A DNA stretch of 55,728 nucleotides, the filler included, from Catajapyx aquilonaris (taxonomy: Eukaryota): the NCBI GenBank assembly GCA_000934665.2. It is 4 parts of 4 records of this genome, joined end to end, with 100 filler letters (N's around TTAATTAATTAA, not from the genome) between each part and the next. Parts side by side here need not be neighbours in the genome. Positions count along the whole stretch, not along the records: positions 1 to 13,934 come from JYFJ02007971.1; 3 more parts are not named here. One strand, written 5' to 3'. The notes under the pieces were generated by a model. That model was not told the origin of the DNA. It saw only the letters and a list, made by a program, of their open reading frames with translations, and did no database searches. Shown here piece after piece: positions 1-14,034 of the stretch. The number at the start of each line of letters is the position of its first letter. The stretch's first letter is position 1. A program made the translations under genes and the position numbers.

Positions 1-1877
1 GGGGGGGGAAAGGAGAAACAACAATTGGCCGCAATCTTTAGTCTATTCCACATTCTAAGTCTTTATAGGGCTCAGAATTCGAAACGCCACGAGTTACACC
101 TGAACGTGGGCCAGGCGTACCAACCTAAAAAAAAATTTCAAACTGATCAGAACGTCAAGGTGGGTTCAGTTGGTAGGCCTACCCAAATAATTCCGTAGTG
201 TTGACCAACAATCCGTTAATTACGACTGGCTGTCCCTTTCATATATAGGGAAGTGTCATCGTGTTTTAGTATTGTTTGTTTGTTTGTTTGTTACACAAAT
301 CAAATGATCAGTTTGTATGCATGGTGCTTTATGGACGATTCTGGAGGCTAATAGAAATGACAAATGGATGGTGACCAACACGTAAGAAAGGGGGTGTGAA
401 AAGTGACATTTTAAAATGGCTTTCCATATATAATCTATACAGTTGCCAATCACACAAAGTACAGCAACTTTTTTCGAATGTAAGCGTGGTTAATAACTAT
501 TCACGTGCACTTTTTTTCACGTGCTGGACTATTTTCACTGTTCAATATTTACAGGATTAGCAGGTAGGTAAGGCAACGTAATCCGAATTTGCAACAGAGA
601 AGTGATCATTTTTCGCGGGTGTTTGAAACAAGACGGGTGCGTCCAAACTGGCGCAATTTATATTTTTCATATTATTGTCTTTTTAAATGATAGGTTCTGG
701 ATGGTGTTGGTGATGGTATACTCTGGACGCATCTTCTCTTCTTGGCTTCCTTTTCTTCTTCTCTGGCCACAGCATCCAACCGGCAAAGCGGTTATTCGTT
801 TCCGCCGTTTTCTGGCCAACGGAGGAAGTCAGAGGACGGGAATCAATTTTCTTCTTCTTCTTTTTTCTTACAATTTTTTTTAAGAGTCAGGTTCCGACTC
901 TACTTTTTTTTTTTGCTTGAAAACGAGGAGATAGGGGACGAGTCATACTTGTGTGGCGGTAGGCCATCCAGAAAATTGCGAAGGCAGAGACGTATAGTGG
1001 ACTCTTTATGGACACTGTCCCCAATCTATATCTATCTTTTGGCATTTTTTTTTCAGGCCTCGTGATCCAAACCTGGTGTAACTTGAGGCGTCGCTGTATG
1101 GGTACACAAGAAGTGCTAAAGGTCAGAGGCAGCATCTGCATTCCATAGGGTTTGAGAATCAGCAGCAAAAGAGCGCCCCATCCACCCCTGCTGCTGCCCT
1201 ATCCATTTCCGAGCTGTCTGCCCTGACAGGTCAAACTCCGCCCCAACCAGTCGCATCGCTGGGAGGGGGCCACATGCCTAGATGGGAGGGGAGGGGAGGG
1301 GGGGCCGCCCTTGCTCCCACACCACACCAGGGGCCGCCCCCGGGGTTTGAGCGCCCACTTTGGAGGAATGGTGGAAAAAGCATCGAGTCACGATGCAAGG
1401 GGACATTTGGCCTGTTGGGTTTGGGTGGTTGGCCTCCCTCCTTTTTGTTGTCCGTTGGCAAGTAAGCAATTTGCTGGCTTGATGGGGGTCAGGAAGGTGG
1501 CTACGCCCCTGCTGGGATCCAAACAGAGCGTCGCAGGAGGAGGCAAAGAGGCCTCCAGGTATCATATAGGAGAGAGACTTTGCACGAGAGAGAGAGAGAG
1601 AGAGACTCTCTTCTTGCTCATTCAAAAGGATCGCTGCTTCTGCTGTGGGGATGCAGGTGGTATAAGGGAGAGGAGAATTAATAATGAAGTGGAGGAGGGC
1701 AGGGAAGGGATGCTGCGGTCGAGGGGGTCAACAACACTTCATTCATCACCACATAGAGCGCTGTGTGGATATATCATGTGGGTGGCTTCTCACCCTTTGC
1801 CTTAATTCATATGGTTCAGCAGACGGGTTCTAATCGCCATCACACCCTTGTAACAGTGCTGGGCATTAATGGTGTCG

Positions 1878-1958
1878 TACTGGTGGCGCCACGAGGCTCT
1901 GGGTGGCGGTATTTCGATTCGCTCTTTTGTCGCCATGGGCTCGTGGCGCCATAAGTAC
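1878..1958. repeat. Short dispersed repeat/MITE fragment (GTGGCGCCAC...AAAAGAGCGAATCGAAA family)
   Basis: Related copies in the opposite orientation at about 2794-2890 and 10345-10400. The GGCGCCACGAG arm is inverted within this copy. Confidence 0.55.
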
Positions 1959-3401
1959 GACTACACTAGCACTAAATCTTACGCCTGTTCCAACGAATAA
2001 TCAACGCAATTTGTGCTAAAATGTCCATTTGAACCTTGGTTTGCAAAATTGGTGCTGGCTGGTCGCATTTATTATAATTTATTATTATAGTTGGGCCCCC
2101 CCCAGTCCCGCGCAGCAGCATCCCCCCCTCCCCTCATCGTGCATTTACGTAATTCATCCATGCATCAGGCAGCCAACAAACAAACAAAAACGCATGTGAA
2201 TCGAGAGGGGTGGGCAGGTGGATTTTGTGGATGGGCGCGGACGAGAGAGGTAGGGGGGTGTGAGAGGGGGTAGGGGGGTGTGGGGGGAGCCGAAAATGGC
2301 GCTTCCCGCCTTTCTCACCCGATTTGCATAATTTCGCGAGCGTGCGGTGCGACCACCCCGCATATTCGGAATTTATAAATGCTTAATGAAATTTAAATGG
2401 AAATCGCACGTTTTGGGGGGTCGGTTGTGTGCAGTTGTGTGTGTGTGAGGGGGCAATGGGTTGGGTGGGTGNGGGGGGAAGAGATGTGTGTCCCGGGAAG
2501 TTGTGACGCTGACAGGTGTTGGTTGTGCCACCTGAGAGGGGCAAAAATGGGCGGAGTTGGCCCCCGCCTCCCATCACCCAACACGTATCACATGACCTTC
2601 CAAATTGCACCTCGGGCTATAAGGCTTTCCCCCCCTCTCATCCCTGCTGCAGCCTCTCTCATTGCAGCTGCCACTCATCCCAACTCTATACTATTTATAA
2701 CTACAACCATGCCAAGCCACTTTCCAAAAAGGGAGAGAGATATATAGGAAATATATGTCGCGCACATTATTTACCACCAGCTGTATAACTGTCGGCGCCA
2801 CGAACCGAGACGGCAAAAGAGCGAATCGAAATTTGCCCTCCGGATGTTCACTTGACCATAAGTGAAGGTGGTCATCCGGAGGGCAAATTTACTCTTCGAG
2901 TCGCTCTTTCGCAGTCATCGGCTCTTAGTGCCCCAAGTAACGTCGTATCTTGAAACATAAAATTGGAAAAGTAACAAATTTTGTACCACTTATCAAATAT
3001 GAAATTTGCACCGTTTGGAGCAAGCAACGGCCTGCAAAAATGTTGTAGGCCAGATGAGAGAGAAAAAAAGTGCGTGCTAATCTAATTATGAAATATGAGA
3101 AATGAAGGCCTGTCGAGAGGCGTGTTAATTGGCGTGAGACGCTCTTAGGCCGCTTAGTGATGCAGTAACGCAGCAGCATTCGAGAAGAGCCCTCTCTCGC
3201 GGGATAAAGACCAGCCCTTGCATAACTAAAGACCCCCGCTTTGGAGAGCACAGTACACGTGTACAACAGGAGCGCAATGTTCACATACACGCTGCACTGT
3301 ACACTAGTACAAGTCCACGATTGTAATGCCATGTTCCAAATAGGAGCTAATAATTCCACCTTTATGTCCGATCATTGAATCACGATTAAAGTAGGATTAA
3401 A

Positions 3402-3812
3402 GATTAAAGAAGGACGATTAAAAAGACAGCTCTCACCGCAGGTCTCAGGCCTAGAAAAAAAAAAACGAGCGAAGCGAATGGCTTTCTAGGTCTGTGACCT
3501 AGAACAAATCTATAGCAAATCGAAGGTTTATCTGTATAGTTAAACGCTGTTAAAGAGTAGATAAGGACGATTATGCCCACCGCAAGCCGCAGGTCTAGAA
3601 AAAAGCGAGCGAAGCTAGTGGCTTTCTAGGCCTGCTCCTTGTATAAAAATGCGAGCGAAGCGATGGTGTTTCTACAAAGATTAATAAAGAAGGACGATTA
3701 ACCGCAGGGCGCAGGCCTAGAAAAAAGTGAGCTAAGCGAGGGGTTTTCCGCGGGTTTTTCTAGTTAAAGATTAAAGAGGGAAGATTTAAATGGTGATTAC
3801 GCAGGTTTCTAG
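3402..3812 (+). repeat. Tandem array of about 3 units of about 150 bp resembling Helitron-like 3' ends
   Basis: Repeated AAGGACGATTA...ACCGCAG..GCAGGYCTAGAAAAAAGCGAGCGAAGC...TTTCTAG. A single related copy at about 44146-44230 ends TTTTCTAGT. Confidence 0.55.
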
Positions 3813-6030
3813 GATGGACAACTCGGTCTTTTGTGCACCATCCCTGCAGATTTCTCTTTCCTTTAAGGATGGGGCATAAATTCGGGATGAAAAGAGGCGT
3901 ATAGCTCCAGGCATTCCACACACAAAAAAAATTGGTGGATGGGGTAGCCCCCCCATCTAAGAGGTCAAAGGTTGACCCGCGCATCTACCCTGAACCCAAA
4001 AGAGAGGAGGGGGGGAAGTATTCTATACCAAGCAAGAAGAGCCCCCGATTGATCCGAAAACTATGCCGGAGCAGGTATCTCTACAAGGCCAAGCAAGTAG
4101 TGGCGTGTGCTGCATTGGGATTCACGGCGGGATACCCGTGATGAAAGCGTGCGAAGGGTTTTCTGCTATACCGTTGGGGAGGTGGGGGGAAAGTACCCCC
4201 ATCGTAGTTGCATCGCCGCCCCCCCTCCCCAGTCCGATCAGTATTCCAGGCGTCAGGTAAAGGCTTACAGCCGAAAAGGATCGATCCAGCAGTGGGTGGG
4301 TGGGGTGGGGGTGGGTGATAAAAACTGTTGGAAAAGAGGAGGGGGGTGGGTGGTAGGGGGGGTCGAATGAAATATTAATACAATTGCATGACCATTGCAA
4401 TTCCAGGCATCCTCATTTCCATTGCTAATGCCCCCGAGCCCCGAACCGTATCTCATTCATACTTCTGCATAAAGAGCAGGGGAACCGGCGCCCGGCTTAG
4501 CATGCGGCGGCCGTAGACAAACGCTATTTTGCGCTAGGAGCTCGCGCGGGCAGGATGCAGACTCTCTCTCTGTCTCATCCAGAGCCAGAGGGACACGCCG
4601 GAGCATCACACGGACAGCCTCGGTACGTCGGTGTACATATAACAAGTGCGCATTTTGAACCGGTGGGGGAACTTGATGCCGTTTTCTCCCCCGCACCCGT
4701 TCTTTCCTCTCGGTGATGCCCATCCAGCAGCATCCCCACAGGAATGAAGAAGAAAGAAAATAGAAAAAAAGAAGGTAAGGCAACTTGCTATATCAAACAA
4801 CTCAACCACCCCCACCCAGCCCATATCGCGGGCACATCCGACCCTCACCCCCTCGGAAGCAAATGAGGTGCAAAAAGCGCACAAGTCCTAACCGGCCAAT
4901 CCCGCCCCCGTCACGTGATGTCAATACGCAAGATGGCGATTTGGCAGAGGGGGGGGGGAAAGGGGGAGGGGGGTTGGAAGGGGGTGGGGGTGGAGGGGGG
5001 CTGAAAGGGGGGGGTATAGTCAGGGTCAATGAGTGATAACAGGGTTTTACACAATTCGTGTTGACAGGCAGTTAGCCCGGAAATACTCGGGACAATTCGG
5101 GCAGATATATTTTCAGTCGGAAAATTTCAAACTGTTCAATAATATATTTTTGAAGCGTGTTGACGCATTTTGAGGTCATTGACGATTTTTGGCCACCAGC
5201 CTGCGGGTACTATATGGGCACTTGCCGTGTGTGGGTGTAGGTCAACATCCGCATTCTATTGCGCTAAAAATGCGGAAGTCCCTTATATCCACACCTGGTG
5301 GCAGCTAAGGGGCAATAAAATGATTCCCCGCAACCCCAGCAGCATCATTGCCATGATGATGATTATGATGGGGACCAGCAGGCTGCACTTGGAATTAATT
5401 AGACGTTCCTCGGGTTGTGCTGATAGAGCGGGTTATAGAAGGACGGGGGAGAGAGAGAGAGAGAGAGAAAAAATAAGTGTATTTCCAAGTGATGCTGGGG
5501 TCCACCATCCCTCCTCCTCCTCTCTCTCTATACACACCGGCTGCCCTCCCCGAGCTTTTCTCCAAACCAAGCAACCAACCCGTCCGACCACAAGATGAAG
5601 GCGTGACTGGAATGTAGATATTGCCTGGAGGAAGGTGGCCAGGATATCCACAGCCGCAGGGGGTGGACGGAGGAGGGGTGGTTGGAGAGGGAGGGGGGGA
5701 GGGAGAAAGACCCTACACGACTGCGCACGTGTGTGTATGTGTTTTAGGAACGGGGGGGGGGATGAGGATGCTTACAGGTGAAAAACACGCTTGGCATTGA
5801 CGGACCCAACAATGCAGCGTTTGCACGGGAGGCTGGAGAGTAAGAATGGACCGCTAATATTTACAGCTGCGATTATACTGGGGGGCGTGGAATGTAACTG
5901 GATTATGGAGCTGCTATGGTTATGAATGGACATTTTTCATCTAATCAGCATTCTAACAACATGTATAAGATGCAACTGAAGCAGACAATCACGGGTTACC
6001 ATCATAGCAAACCGCAGCAGTATAATAGTA

Positions 6031-6377
6031 GCCAAATTTTGGAAAAACTGCTTGGCCCACCCCCCACTTGGAAGTAGTACAATAGGCCACTACCAGATAG
6101 GGTTCTCCATCTGCACACTACTGCCACTCTCAGTGGGAAAGTAGTACTACATGCACGTTGGTGATGAGTCACCGCGCGGACAAAACCCATCAGGGTGCTA
6201 TAACCAGCAAGTGTGTCGCCTCCATTGAAGTGGGTCCCACCCTCTCTGACCGCTACATGTCCTCTAATTATTGTTGAACGGGGAAAGTGAAAACTATGGT
6301 AACTATGCGACCTATAGGCGATGAGTCAACACGGACAAACTTGTGGACAGATAGAATAAGGGGATTAGGTATATATA
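6031..6377 (+). repeat. Dispersed repeat, unclassified (copy 1)
   Basis: Highly similar, same orientation, to 42375-42697 on another contig. Confidence 0.8.
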
Positions 6378-9300
6378 GATTGCTTCAATATTATTTTTGG
6401 GAGAATGCTGTAAGCGTATATACGAGTAATAATGTAGCCTGAACTTGAACATTCCATTCAACACATTATAGGAGCATGTCTGGAGTCTGGTAATGATATG
6501 CATGTAGCTCAATGTCATTACTATAATTTAATATATGGAATAGTAACTTTCAGCTCTATCATTTAATCGACTTTTTTTTTCAAAAAATCACTAGACTCTC
6601 TCTCTCATTCTTCGTACATATCCGTCAATGCGCACGGTAATTAAATTATTTAACGTAATGCTCGTGTCCTTAACAACTATGGAGGGTGGTGGTGAGGTGC
6701 GGGGAGAAAAAGGACGGAAGTAATACCTGTAATTAAAACCGTTGTACAAGCACGCGCGCACCGTTATTAAGACATGTTGATTACATTTCCCCCTTTCGCT
6801 CCGAGAGTGATTATCGGGCATGAAAGAATGCACGCAACATGACCACCAAATTAACCACATATACTGTAATCTTTGCCTCCCCCCCTCAAAACCACTCGTC
6901 AAAAAATGAGCATAGCCCACACGCCACCATGCGACGCAGAATAACGCAACACCTGTTGATGCCAAAAAAAACGCGCCATTTTTTAGCACAGTTTTTGGCA
7001 ATCGCCTATAGCAATGTAGCGGATTTGATAAGAAGAGAGAATCGAATGGGAGGTGCCCAACCGGTGAAGCCAGTTCTTTTTTTTCTAGCCATTTTATTAT
7101 TTTTTCTTGCAAGCTAAGAGAGAGATGGTCTCTTGGAATCACCTTGAGAGGCGCTCCCATCGCGCCTCTTTTTTTTCTCCGAGCTGACCTTTGGTGGCTT
7201 GAGCCGCACCTCTCCACAAAAGATCCTTTCCCCTTTTGGTACTAGCCCCCTTTTCAAAACACATTGGCTATTATGAAACTCGCTGCAGCTTGGCATTTCA
7301 AAAGGGAGCCGGGGCCTATCGCTTTCGAATTTTTTTTTGAGAGAGAAAGAGATCATCTGTGTATAAACGTGTGTGTTCCGAGTATAGGAGGAAAAACCAC
7401 GCCCTGAAGGAGAGGAGGGGTTATTTTTAAAAAAAATGAGTAGGTGGCACACGCCCTAATTGCTCTTGTGGGTCAGACTCAGTTGGAGCCGGCTTGATGG
7501 ATGGAAGGGAATTCCTGGTGCTGGAAAAACTGGAGGGTTGGGAGGAATGGTGGGGGGTTAAACCATCCCGGTCCGCCTGAGGTTAAAAAGTGATGAAAGG
7601 GGGCATCTGATCCAACCCTCTCTGCTGGACCACCTCGCGCCAACTCAGAATTACTCCACAGGGAGACTCACAACTACAGGTTGCATTCATCCCGCCCCCC
7701 CAAAAATGTAGCCCCTTAGACACACGCGGCCACCCGCCTTGCATCTTATCCTGGAAGGTACGGTATGCGACCGGAACGTTTGCGGAAACCGGCTGTACAA
7801 CAGGTGACATTCCGCACGCCTCTGCAGCCCCGGGGCCAATGCAGGTAATAAACAGCGCACAATTTTGCGCCTAGAAGTTCTCTCCATATTCGCGTGGGTT
7901 TTCTCCTGCCCCGAGCAAATTTAAGGCCTGATTCCAACCCAAGTTGGACCGAGTTGCATTGCAGTGTGCTGCATCATGCATTGGAAAGTGAGAAGATGAG
8001 TTAAATGGAAGCTGGTGCCGAGGATCGAATAAGAAGAAGCTGGAGGTTGAGAAAGAAGCGCCAACGGGGCTCTAAGAAGCAGACAGAGATGCTATCAGTA
8101 CATACTCTTCCCAAAAGAGGACTTGGGGGCCCCTGGAGATGGACTCCCCTCTTCACCACCACCACCACCACCACCCTTCTTCACCTGCTGCAATCCCATG
8201 CAGGCTGGACCGGTCGGTTTGGGCCTACTCTTTGCTGCCTGGGAGATGTCGCCGAGAGGCATTGGAATCACTGGGCTGTTGACCCGTGGGTGCCCTCCCG
8301 CCATATAGGTCTCGCGTGCAACTCCCCCCAGCAACCTAGCAACCTCCATATCGCAGGTCCCGTTCTTTCCCTCGCCAGAAGATAAAACCAGCACAAAGTT
8401 TGCCATTAATTAGGAAAAGGATGCGGGATCACGCCGGTCCAGTCGTTAAAAGGGGAGCACCGAGGATGATAAGTCGCAGCATCCACAGGGTGTACCAAAG
8501 TCGAGACAAAGAGCAAGGGCGGTTCCATCTCGAAATACTTGAAGAAGAAAAAAAAGGCAGAGAAAAGTGGAAGGCCCATCGGAGCCTGAAGCAGGACGAG
8601 AAAGAGAAGTGGTGGGTTTGACTTGTATGTTGCTTGCTTGCAGGGGCCTCTCTTTTTTGATGGTGGCAACTGCACCAGCCAATGGATGCCTCTCGGGTCT
8701 GGCTCTGGCTTTGGCTTAGCTGGCGTTTGGCCTCGCTGTTCACTCGCACCTGCGTCACCTGGAGCGACAATTAGGCTCGCTGCCTCGATGGACGAGGGAG
8801 TGGCCGCCCTTTTTCTCTTACCTCTCTGTGTACGAGATGTGCCACCCAACCCAAACTCACCCGGTTCTGGCTCCAGCACCAGCCACACATTGACCCGTCC
8901 TATACTCACGAGTCATGTCCATCACTCACCAAAAATGCGGGTTACCGGGTTAAAAAGTCTGCTCGGTCGACGTCATTCTGGGCACCTGAGAATCGGATTA
9001 TCATTGTTTTTTTCTGTAAGTAATTAGAGGCGCAATATCCTTGTTTCAATGACCGACTTTTGAAACCGCCAACTTCCTTGCCCATATTTGAACATCTTTT
9101 ACGATCCTCTCCTGGCAACTAATTTTACCGGCGCGCAGGTCCTCTCTCTCTCTCTGACTGATTGTAATGTGCATGTTCGATGCAATTTCGGGGAAGAAGA
9201 AGGTCTGGGGTTCGAGGCCGGCTTTATCGCATTCCGGAACCTGTCAAGATCTGACCCGCCCATCACTAAAAGGTCGATCGGCCCCATGACCTTTAGTTGC

Positions 9301-11416
9301 AGATCACATTAGTGGGAAAACTTTTTTTTTAAAAAGACCAAGTTGATTGTTTTGTTGCGGGTTGTTTGGTTGGAGGGGAAGAAGAAAAAATGCAAATGGC
9401 TGGGAAATCTGAGGGTGGTGTAGTGTCAAGATGGCGCTTCTCCAACAGGCTGCCACGTTAGGCGCCGCGACACTCCTCGACTATTCTCTCTCACCTCCCA
9501 TCCCACCCCACCCTGCATGCATTTCCCCGCATCTGCATATTGATCCGAGGCCATCCCAGCATCCATCCTCTCTCTCTCTCTGCTGTGCCGCCGCGCGCGG
9601 TTGTTGCCATGGCTACTAGCTCCTGTTGGGATGGGTGGGGATGGGAAGAGGGGGGAGTGGAAAAAGCACATGTCCCTCCCCCGCAAGTTCCTCCAGCAGT
9701 GTTGTTTGTTGCTTGGGGGTCGAGGAATCCCCACCCTATATATGCCCACCCCTCGGTTGCCATGGCCGCCTGGAATCCAACGCCAAAGATGGTCGCCCCC
9801 GACGCCATTTCGAATACACCGGCCATTTTGCAGGATGACGTCACTCTAACCAATATGGCCGCCACTATTTTTAAACATTTCGTTTGTTTGGATGACGTAA
9901 CGAGCGCCATATTTGTTTGGTGACGTCCCATCGGCATCCAGGGGACATCCGGTATATACATAAGCGGCCCAATCGCAAAGCCGTTAAGCCGCACACCTTT
10001 TCCCGGAGGCAAATTGAAGCCCGGCCTCCTCTCCAGCATGGCACTTCCTTTTCCCTTCCTCCGAGCTCATCTGGCGGGGATAATGCAGGCTGATTGCCAC
10101 GACGCCGCTGACGCTACCGACGCCTCGCCGCTCCGCCAGACCTGTCAGCACGCTTCAAGGGGCTCAACTCCAGACGAGGACCAACTTGGGATGCTGGCTG
10201 GCTGGGGCTGGGCTGGCGATGGAGGGAGGGGATGATGCCCTACTAATTCTCCATCTCCTCGCATTTCCTCACTCCTAACGTCGCGGATATAGGAGGCCTC
10301 AGGATCAGTTTATGCAGCACCCTGTATACAATGCTGGACGTTGTACTAGTGGCGCCACAAGCCATCGACAGGAAAAGAGCGAATCAAAATTCTGCCACCA
10401 TGTTGTTTAAAAAAAGGCTGACAGTACACGTGAATATAGTAATAATAAGGGCTATGGCCTGGTGGCATTTTATAGCAATCACAGTCTATAAGCTCATAGT
10501 CCACCGGGCAGGCATGCAGGGCCGTCAGCCTCATCCCCTCTCTGATGGCCACCCACCCACCCACTCTCCCCGGAGAGAGAGAGAGAGAGAGAGCACACAT
10601 AATGGACGCCCCTATTTCACGGCTACAGAGCCCTGGCGAGCTGTTTAAAACCACGTTAGTAGTGCATGCATATGCGATTGGCGAGCACATGTGGTGTGAA
10701 ATGCCCACCGGCCTCAGAGGTGCATGCAATGGCTGCCTGCTGGTTGCAGCACCATCATCATGGCCATACTCGCCTCCTATAAATATGATGGCAACCAGCA
10801 GGGTCATTCTCCACACGCGCCATATTATACTGCCCAAAATTCGACACACCATCTTGGCAGTGTCTGGTCCTAAGTGGACCATTTTCAGGAGCGTGACTGC
10901 ATGTTTGTTGCGCAGGTCATGTGTGACATGTCACGGGTCGGATATTTGTGACACATAGTTGCTTCAGGTTGCTGGAGCGAACAAGGTTCTTATATAGCTA
11001 TAGATGAGGGAATGGCGTGACCTGGAGGGGGAATTCCTTGGCGGGCAATTAGGGGAGGAATGGATTGAAAATAAGATGGGAAGATAAATTGGGGAAGGGA
11101 TGCTGCCTGTTCCTTCCTATATAGGTAAGAAAATCCCGGAGTGTGTCTTAGTGGCACAACGGCATGATTCTCTCTTCTATCCAGCCAACCACGCCAATTA
11201 AGCAAGGCGAGATAAGACGCCCGGCAAGAAGAGGCGTAAATGGACCAGCTTTTGTCTTATCGGCACACGCCCTCAAGGGAGGCTGCTTCCAACCTCGCTC
11301 TCAAAGATATTTATACCCCTCCTTGCACATCATCAGCACCAAGCACCACGCCAGCATTTCAAACGCGACCATTTTTGTCAATAGCAAACCATCAACATAA
11401 TTTTGCCTGGATTTTG

Positions 11417-11482
11417 GTTAGGTTAGGTTAGGTTAGGTCAGGTTAGGTTAGATTAGGTTAGGTTAGGTTAGGTTAGGTTAGG
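11417..11482 (+). repeat. Interstitial (TTAGG)n tract, arthropod telomere-type repeat
   Basis: About 13 GGTTA units with two variant units. Confidence 0.85.
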
Positions 11483-13131
11483 ATTGCGATTAGGGATGCT
11501 GGGCTAAGTGATGGTTAATGTTAGATTAGGTACAAAGTGACATGACTATTGAAGTCACCACAAATGGTGGGGTCGAGGCAACACCTTTCCGGAGCGATTG
11601 GGAGGTCAGGTCACGTTTGTGGGCAGCGGCAAAAGCAAAGCGAGTGGTCGCACCATCATCATTAGAGAGAAGCCGGAATATATATAAAGAAGAAAAAAAG
11701 AAGGAATAAAAAATAGGAGAGGGCGAAAGGGGGGGGGGGNGGAGGAGAAAATAGCAAAGGCGCTGCTGGGCGCCCCCATTGGACGCCGGCGACGGGGAAA
11801 ATTAGATTAACACGGTACACGCCGCCGCCGCCGCGATTAGGGGCCCTGCCGCCAAATGAACACATTCACGGGATTATTGGATTTCCACGGCCCCGACTTG
11901 CCGACGGAATTTGCCTAAAAGTCGCTGAAATAAGGCTTGGCGACGGACCCAGCGGGGGAAAGGGGGAGGGAGACTCTCCCCCACCACCACCACCACCCGC
12001 GGCGTTGCCAACCTTAAAATGTCTTATATGGGGATGTCCAGCTATGCCGAAGTAAGGATCATCCTGCTGGGTATGCAACCCACCAGTTGAGCATTGGCCA
12101 CGTGGACAACCAATCCACATGTCGGAGGCCCCCATTTTACTTGTTTAAAAAATTGATTGACGGACGTTGCCACTTGGCCCGTCCAGCACACGTCACATGT
12201 CGGATTCGATGCAAAACCAATCAGAGGCGGAATATTTTTCCTCCCCAGTCGCCATTGATCCCGATGACTGGGGGGGGTGTCTGAAGAGCCCTTCCCCACC
12301 TTCACCACATCCCCCCCAACCCAACCAACATCGAGCGGTGTCCCGAAATTAAAGATTCGGCTTGTTGGAAGAGAAAAAGAGGGTGGGGAGGGTGGGAGGG
12401 AAGGGAAAGCAGCATCTTTTTTCCCTCCCCCCTCCTTCCCCCACCAACGAAACTCATCTCCCAACTCATTTCCCAGCCGCAAAGAAGTTGCTCCAGCCCT
12501 TCTTTTCCCCCCCCTTGCCCCTTGGCCCCCCTCGAGCCAGATTTTTTCCTTCTTCTTCTTCTTCTTCGTCGTCTCCATCCTTCTCTTCTTCCTTATTTTT
12601 TCCCTCATTCTTTTTATATACATTTGAAGGACATGGCAACGGCGCGAGTGATGAGGAAAACTTGCGGAAAAAGCCGCGGCTGGCGCTGACAGCATCGCAG
12701 CCGGAAGAAGAAAGACTTTCAGATTGGTCCTGTGGCGGAAAAATGCTAGGTCGTGCGGAAGGACGCAACCGGGGGGAAAAGGAACGGAGATATCTGTCCC
12801 CCCCAACCCACCCACCCCCTTGCGACGTCAACACAAAAAAAAGTAAGAGAGAGAGAGAGAGACGAAAAAAGTGTCCCCTTTCCCAAGAGTCGTCTTGGAA
12901 TCACATCCAGCAGTAGCTCTGGACGCTAATTACCTTCTCCCTCAGGAGGAAAAGCGTGTCACTGACATGGAGAGTTAATGAGATCACGTACTATGGAGTT
13001 TGCATAATCACGAATTCATACTCGTGTCGATATGGACGCGATTCGATGGTCACACGGAATGGTAAAAAGAGGGAGCTGCATTCAGAGACGGTGTCTAACT
13101 AAATACACGCTGTTTACAGTCTAGTGTGAGA

Positions 13132-13412
13132 GGGTCGCCAACTTGTGACTTCACGTCGTCTCTGATTGGCTCTATGGACTGTTTATACGTGTCCGGAGGC
13201 TGCCATCTTGAGTTGCTACGGAAAAGTGGCCGGCTCTGACGTCACGGTCGACTACGATTGGCTGGAGTGGCTTCAGCCAATCGGAGTCGACCGTGACGTC
13301 AGAGCCGGCCACTTTTTCCTATGACAACGCAAGATGGCTGCCTCCATAGGACACGTAAATAGTCCATAATTACTCCAGCCAATCAGATACGACATGACGT
13401 TGGTTGGCGACT
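13132..13412. mobile_element. Palindromic MITE
   Basis: Imperfect inverted repeat over the full length (GTCGCCAAC...GTTGGCGAC). The core AAAAGTGGCCGGCTCTGACGTCACGGTCGACT pairs with its reverse complement, centre about 13268. Confidence 0.8.
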
Positions 13413-13934
13413 ATCTTCCTGTAGCCCGTCTACAGTACCCACAGCACTATATAGTGCTGTGGGTACTGTATAACTTCTCCACTCCACACCAGTAATTGGT
13501 GGTTACAGTGCTGTCCATAAGAAATACTACTCTTTTTAGTGCATTGCTGTAGTTTATGCCTGTTTTTTTGTTGTTGTTGAGAAGTACCTACTGTGTCTTG
13601 TCCAAGGTGTGAGTGGACATGTATGGGGTTTGAGGGCAGCAGATGCGTTGTGCCGTCGGTTGGACGCCTCTTCTTTTGTTCCGATGGTGCTGCTGGGCCC
13701 AGAGCTAAAAGCGGGGGATCCCCTCCTCTCTTTCCACCCAACAATCCCCCCCTGCTTCATGCCTCTATATCACTCTCCCCTGATTGAAAGCGACGTCCTC
13801 TTGCGGCGCCCCTCTCTCATTGAGAGAATCCTAATTAAGTAAAACGTGTAACAATCTCGCTACGGGGGAGATGAGCGGGGGGGGGGGGAGAAGGGGGCGG
13901 AGGGGAGGAGGGGGGGATGTCGCCACGGGGTGTT

Positions 13935-14034
13935 NNNNNNNNNNNNNNNNNNNNNNNNNNNNNNNNNNNNNNNNNNNNTTAATTAATTAANNNNNNNNNN
14001 NNNNNNNNNNNNNNNNNNNNNNNNNNNNNNNNNN
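13935..14034. other. Artificial contig linker (N-TTAATTAATTAA-N, 100 nt)
   Basis: Identical spacer carrying multi-frame stop codons; recurs at 27879 and 41812. Confidence 0.95.

Noticed and set aside
256..13842. Many short ORFs in contig 1
   Set aside because: Low-complexity translations of G-runs and microsatellites, with no recognisable domain or consistent splice structure.
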